Origin: Rhodosorus marinus CCMP1338
Lineage: Eukaryota; Plantae; Rhodophyta
Length of the DNA: 64,000 nucleotides
Direction of reading: 5' to 3'
NCBI GenBank assembly: GCA_029953675.1
Contig: JAMWBK010000005.1
Coordinates: forward strand, 2,108,001 to 2,172,000
Shown: piece by piece, positions 58,954 to 64,000 of the stretch
How positions within the stretch are numbered: the first letter of the stretch is position 1
Layout of the letters: every line of letters starts with the position of its first letter
Program-made: the position numbers and the translations under genes
Notes under the pieces: model-generated
The model's database searches: none
Seen by the model: the letters and a program-made list of their open reading frames with translations, nothing else
Told to the model about the DNA's origin: nothing

Positions 58954-60435
58954 TCAGTTAACAAGCCCTAGCCGTTTGTACCGACTCAGCTGGGACGAAT
59001 CTCCATCCAGACCTCCGCAGTGGTAGTATACACAAGTTATATCCTTGTTTCCTATGAAAGCTTCTGGTTGTTCAACAAGTATCTGTGGTTCTCAAAAGAA
59101 GACATCCCTTAGCGACTTGAAACTCCACCGCCCGAGTGCACCTTTGTCATACCTCCCACGCCCGAGCGCCGTAGATAAGGTCGACATTCAGTCCCTGCGT
59201 GCTGAGCTCCCTCCAGATTCCGAGGAGCTCTTTCCTAGGCTTGGCGAATGGTTTCTTTTTCTGTCCAACGGAATAGGAAGCACGTATTTCCACCGGCTGA
59301 GAATCCCTCTCATGAAGGGGCTGTTGACTAGTTTCCTGGCTTACCACAGGATCAAGAACGTCCGGAACTATACCGACGTCGCCGCTTCGTTTATCCAGGT
59401 CTTGCATTTGGTGAACGAGGTACGCAGCATCTCCAACAACAGGTACCGCAATAACACTTATATTCGTCGCGTTCAACCTCAAGTAGCGTTCAAGGAACAG
59501 CGCCAGTGTACCTGCCCGGGATATGCAGATGCAGTCTTGTTTCAGAGTCATTGCTAAAGTCACTATTCTTGCCTGCGCAAAAAGCTCAGTCTACATCCTA
59601 CGTGAGTTTAACCCCAACTCATCAAGTCTGACACTAGACCACGAGGGCTACGGTGCCGGACCAGTACCATACTCAAGTATCTGAGTTTGGTGCTGGACCG
59701 TACCTGTGATATGAGTGTGATAGCTACACCCTCCCCAGAGGAGTATACCTCATGAATCTTGATGAGCGTAACTGGATGAGAGCTTCCCCACCTGTTCCAG
59801 AAGCGACGACGATTCTGATGTCGGCACTTTCGCTGGTTTTGAGCTGCTGGATGAGCTCCTTTGCTAAAACTTTGGCACCTTCCTCAGCAAGGTGATAGGC
59901 AGCTCCGAGAGGGACGAAATGGAAACTCGGTAATCCCGTAACCTGTAGAGGTGTCTGGAAGGAAGATGTATAATAGAATAAGATTTTCCGTTTCGGTATC
60001 CCTTTCGAGAACGTGTAGCTCGGATCGTCTTACGAGGTTGGTGGTTGAGGGTACGATCCTGAGCTCCATTCCCGAGTCGAGAGAAAACTTGAAGTTCCCA
60101 CTGGGCTTGTCTCTGAGGAATCTAGGGACTGCTGTAGTGTAGTAGACAAACTCCCTGCCGTTCATCTGGCACAATGAGGCGAGAGCAGCCATGGTATTCC
60201 CCTGCGCCGATCCATACGAGACTATAGCTTCCCTCGAGGTGTCGTGTATCAGGTGATGTAGTTTTCGCACCTTGTTTCCCCCCAAACGAGGTGCGATTAT
60301 CAAGCTATCGTCACGCTTCACCAATAATTGCCGTCCAAAGGTGCTCACTGTCTCTAGCGGCGAGCCACTCGCTTCAACGAACCCCGAGCGGCGATGGTTT
60401 GGCAAGCTCACAGTATTACAAAAGCTAAGCTCCAT
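58954..60435 (-). CDS. PLP-dependent ACC deaminase/D-cysteine desulfhydrase-family enzyme, paralog A (apparently intact, 5 exons)
   Basis: LVKRDD, GGNKVRKL (PLP Lys), YGSAQGNTMAALA, VASGTGTLAL, PFAKPRKELLGIW, VDLIYGARAW and VYYHCGGLDG..QLSRYKRLGL*. Start taken at ATG 60435 (MELSF). Confidence 0.85.
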
Positions 60436-61403
60436 TTGCCCATCATCCGTCCTAGTCCGAGCCAGACCGCGACGAACTTCCACAAGCGTCTTCTTCTTGA
60501 GTGTTTGTGCAGGAACTCATGGCACGTCGACCATGAAACTCTGTCCCCATCTTCGTTTGACGTAGGGAGGAGCGGCCGTCCACGATAAAGATGCAAGGAG
60601 GGCGATGGCGCAGCACTGAACTCGTGTCCATTGGTTTACCATCGCCACCGAGAGCTTCAGCTTCGTCCAGCAGGACGACGGCTGATTGGTTTAAGGTACA
60701 TACAATAGCTGCTCGGCAAGTGGAGCTACCTCTTCAAGGTGTTACGAGGTCCTTGCTATAGCCACCTTGCCATAAAACTGGGACTTCATTGTCGTTTCGA
60801 TCATTGGAGAGAGAAATCGAAGGCGCCATGGGATTCTTCGGGGTGATTTTAGAAAGCAGAAGGACGGAGCGTTCAAAAACGTTGCTTTGTCAGGGTTAAT
60901 AGCGAGGATGTCCCTCCGGTCTTCGCGACTTGGTCATCAACCGTACAACGGAACCGGTGCTTGATAGGATTTTGTTGGTCTGCAGGGATGTTTGCTCTGC
61001 CTCTTCTTAGGTAACCGCTATCAGACCTGGGGCTAAGGATCTCCCAGGTTTGCACCTCAAGGTGAATTCTGAAGATATCTGAGTAGGTATGAATCAAAAA
61101 ACAATAACGCGCGATCATCCATTCCTTAAAGAATATGCACTACTGCTTTAATCATCTTGAGAGGAGTACGTTAGGATTAATAGGCACTAGAAAAGCCGGT
61201 TAGGTGCAGTCCGGTAGTGCAGGCCATGTCGCGTTGTCTGTTTTGTTTTTTTTTGGTTGCGTATCTGTTGAAGAGCACTCCATTTCAAGAAGGAGCCTCA
61301 AGGAGTAAATGGACAGGGAGAGTGAACTACTTCACAAACACGAAAGGGGCCAAGCAACACCTCCCGCACATTTGTCGGAACAGTCTGCTTCTTCCTCACC
61401 ACA

Positions 61404-61637
61404 TCAATGCCCGCCACGGAGCTGGAGCACGAGATGAAGCACTGAACCGCCTTCAATTCCATACTCCTTCGCCATCGTATTATCTGCCAAGCTTCTCCCG
61501 CCAAAAATCAACCTCTGTTGACCAGGAAGAATCCCCTCCTTCTCCTCTATCCTCATCTTGATACGCTCCACAGTATCCCCAGCATCAATGTCAATCTCCC
61601 GCTCCGTTCCAGTTAACATCTTCACCTTTATCAACAT
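61404..61637 (-). CDS. RUB1: Divergent RUB1/NEDD8 ubiquitin-like modifier
   Basis: MLIKVK.LTG.E.EIDI...D.VERIK.R.EEKEGI.P.QQRLIF.G......[16 protein letters not shown] plus a one-residue extension (H). Confidence 0.85.
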   Translation of the reverse strand: MLIKVKMLTGTEREIDIDAGDTVERIKMRIEEKEGILPGQQRLIFGGRSLADNTMAKEYGIEGGSVLHLVLQLRGGH

Positions 61638-62770
61638 TTTGGCCTACTCAAAACTAAGGCAACAAAATCAAAAACACCAAAAAAATTAACAAATCAACCA
61701 AAAGTCTTTCTTCCAAACTCGCTATGCACCCTCCTCCCCACACCCGCCTTGAAACAAGTTCTGTTGACATACCTTTGAAAACACCCCTTTTCCTACATCT
61801 TAAACCAGAGCGAAAATAACTTCCGGTCTTAGTGTCACCTTTGAATACCTGCCAAAAACAACATCAAGAGCAACCTCTTGCTGAAACAAAGGTGACCATA
61901 AACCGAACTATTCACATATGGGCGGAGAGAGAAGTCGATTCAGTCTGCTACTAGTGGGCAGGGAAGCGGGTGTGGGATTCTTCGGCGACCCACCAGCACG
62001 TGACACCCAGGTTGAACAGGATTTGGTGAGCGGCGAAGACCGGACCAGTTACTCAAAAGTCGACACCGAGATCTCGTCGCGGTGTGAACCAGATGGACTT
62101 TCGTCTTGTTAACCGGTGGTCCATTGTAGATTCCACAGGATTTCCTAGCTCGTCAGCGGAAGCATCGATCGGTTCCTCGGTATACTGGCTGAGGACTGGG
62201 CCGGCTTCGGTGGCGTCAAAACGGCTGCGACTCAATGCCTGCAGTTGTCCAAAGTCGTGTTTATACCAATATCACTCTTGGCCAGCGACAAGATTTTAAG
62301 CGTCTTCCATCTAGGTAGACCAGTGTTACTTTCGGGCTAAGGTCAAGCATTTAAAGAACGAAACCAAGAAAATTATTTACTTTATCCAAGAACAACAATC
62401 CCAATGTTCTCTGTTTCCGGTCTTCCAACTCGAAGACAAGATTTTATTGTTTTTCAATATTGGCCCTACTGGTACTAGAAAGTACGAAATTTCAACGCGA
62501 ACGAATCTCGCATTGGCGAATGATACTTTCATCCATGAAAATTTAGTGTTTTTCTAGAAATCAATGATTCTAATCTGATGTGCTGTAGTACAACATCAGA
62601 GACAGTAGTCTCTGATGTTGGTCGATGAGGGTGAGCTGAGGAAGGAGAGGATTGGAGCTAAGGGTTGGCAAGGTGAGGGGTGAAAAGTACGAGAGACGAG
62701 GTCTTTGTAATTTTGGTTTGACTGGTTGGAGATTATCTAATTGAAGTTGTTGATTCAGCCCCTGTTCGAG

Positions 62771-64000
62771 ATGTCGGTTTTTAGTCAGCGGGAGAAACAG
62801 GTAGAGGAGTTACACCAAGCGGTCGTGCAAGTTGAGGCGAGCGTGAAGGTTCAAGATGGAGAAACTTCGAAGAAAAGGGTAGATGAGATACATGAGGGTA
62901 CTGAAAAGCTAAAAATGGCCGTTACCGGATACCTGAAGAAAGTTGCTGTGGGGAAAAGTGACCCGAACAAGAAGATCTACGGATCGGTAATGGAGGACAG
63001 GATCGAGAAAATGGACAAGTCACTAAAAGACTTGGATGAAAAGCTTCTGACCGTCAAAGAGGATTTGCAGGTTGTTCTTGAGCGAGAGGCAGTGGAGAAG
63101 GCGAAGCTTGAGAAGGAGGAGAACGAACGAAGGATCAGGCGGGAGGACGAAGAGAAAAAGAGGCGGGAGCAGGAGGAACTCGCTGAACAGAAGAGGAAGG
63201 CCGAAGAGGAGGAAAGGGTCCGCATAGAGTCTGAGAAGAAGCAGCTTGCCTTAGGTGAGCTGAAGTGCGAATGATTCTGACCTGCACTGAGCTTACTGGT
63301 ACAAGACGCTTACCCGATTACTGAACATTTCCTCTGCTTTTTCCTTCCCTGGTACTACTTGGGCTTTTACCAACAGAAGCAAAACAGAAAGCTAAGAAGG
63401 AGAAGGAGAAGAGAAAGCTGGAGGAGTGTGCGAAGGACACGCTGGAAGCGGACAAAGGAAAACCCGAAGGAAATTCTGTACAATCCATGATCAAGCTTAA
63501 AATTTCCGGCTATGCAGGAGAAGCCGTTCTCAGCGCTGACTATGGGCCAGTACCCACCACGTGTAACGTGCTCTCGGTAAAGGAGGCGATCCTAAATAGT
63601 GGAGTCCCGTTGTGGGGCCCGGTTGAAACCCAGAGGCTGATCTACAAGGGCCATTTCCTGGAAAACGATCGATCGCTGGAGTCCTATGGCTTGTCTGGTG
63701 AGGATACACTCTATTTCGTGGTATGTCAAAAAATTTGGATCACCGCTTAGCCCGGCACCGAGAGCTGGTTCCATGGGACTGGAAGGCCGAGGTGCCCTAA
63801 CATTGCTGTTCTCCTCCTATGAGATAGAAACTTCCCGACGGTTACGTTGCGTCTGAATCTAAAACCGCCCCGAAACCGATGGAGGATGTTGTGCAAGGAT
63901 CCGAGGAAGTTGTCTCTACGAAAGCGCCCGAGGTTTGATCGCCCGCCCTGCCCAGGTGTTCGCGGTCAATCGGCAGGCACCTGCTAGACTGTGTGCGTCT
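62771..64000 (+). CDS. Coiled-coil + ubiquitin-like domain protein, running off the window end
   Basis: Helical N-terminus and E/K/R-rich coiled coil. A GTGAG..CAG intron leads to a UBL (VLSVKEAI..PVETQRLIYKGHFLENDRSLESYGLSGEDTLYFV), followed by a further exon. Confidence 0.7.

Noticed and set aside
1-64000. CRISPR arrays, rRNA, tRNA, IS/LTR elements and bacterial-style operons or defence systems
   Set aside because: No regularly spaced repeats, rRNA or tRNA signatures, terminal repeats, or transposase/RT motifs were seen. The DNA is intron-containing and eukaryotic.

Overview
Gene-dense eukaryotic nuclear DNA with short (about 60-150 nt) spliceosomal introns. No prokaryotic operons, rRNA, tRNA, CRISPR arrays or recognisable transposons were seen. 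Plastid transit peptides starting M-[AIVG]-[GA]-F and cyanobacterial-type plastid proteins suggest a red alga, possibly unicellular (inference). About 20 genes are recognisable: TAPT1, NOL6/UTP22, SNU13, a ChuX/HutX-like heme-binding protein, SPO11-2, trpB, a WW-Kelch-RING protein, menA, GLTP, PEX14, a lumenal cyclophilin, GCN2, MED20, an RS-RRM-FHA SNIP1-like protein, an HCF107/Mbb1-like HAT protein, mitochondrial Lon, NCA1, two tandem ACC deaminase/D-cysteine desulfhydrase-family paralogs, a divergent RUB1/NEDD8 and a truncated coiled-coil/UBL gene. Many genes form convergent or divergent pairs separated by AT-rich, CCAAT-rich islands. The strongest leads are: (i) a meiotic SPO11-2 whose best protein model needs two consecutive GC-AG introns; (ii) a tandem PLP-enzyme pair with non-standard specificity residues, one copy apparently degenerate; (iii) an RRM inserted into a SNIP1/Pml1-type FHA protein; (iv) an intronless WW-Kelch-RING E3 architecture; (v) a cyanobacterial ChuX-like protein with a plastid transit peptide; (vi) a degenerate 159-nt tandem duplication with possible RNA structure. 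All exon models were built by hand from the sequence, so boundaries are approximate unless stated, and family assignments come from remembered motifs rather than database searches.
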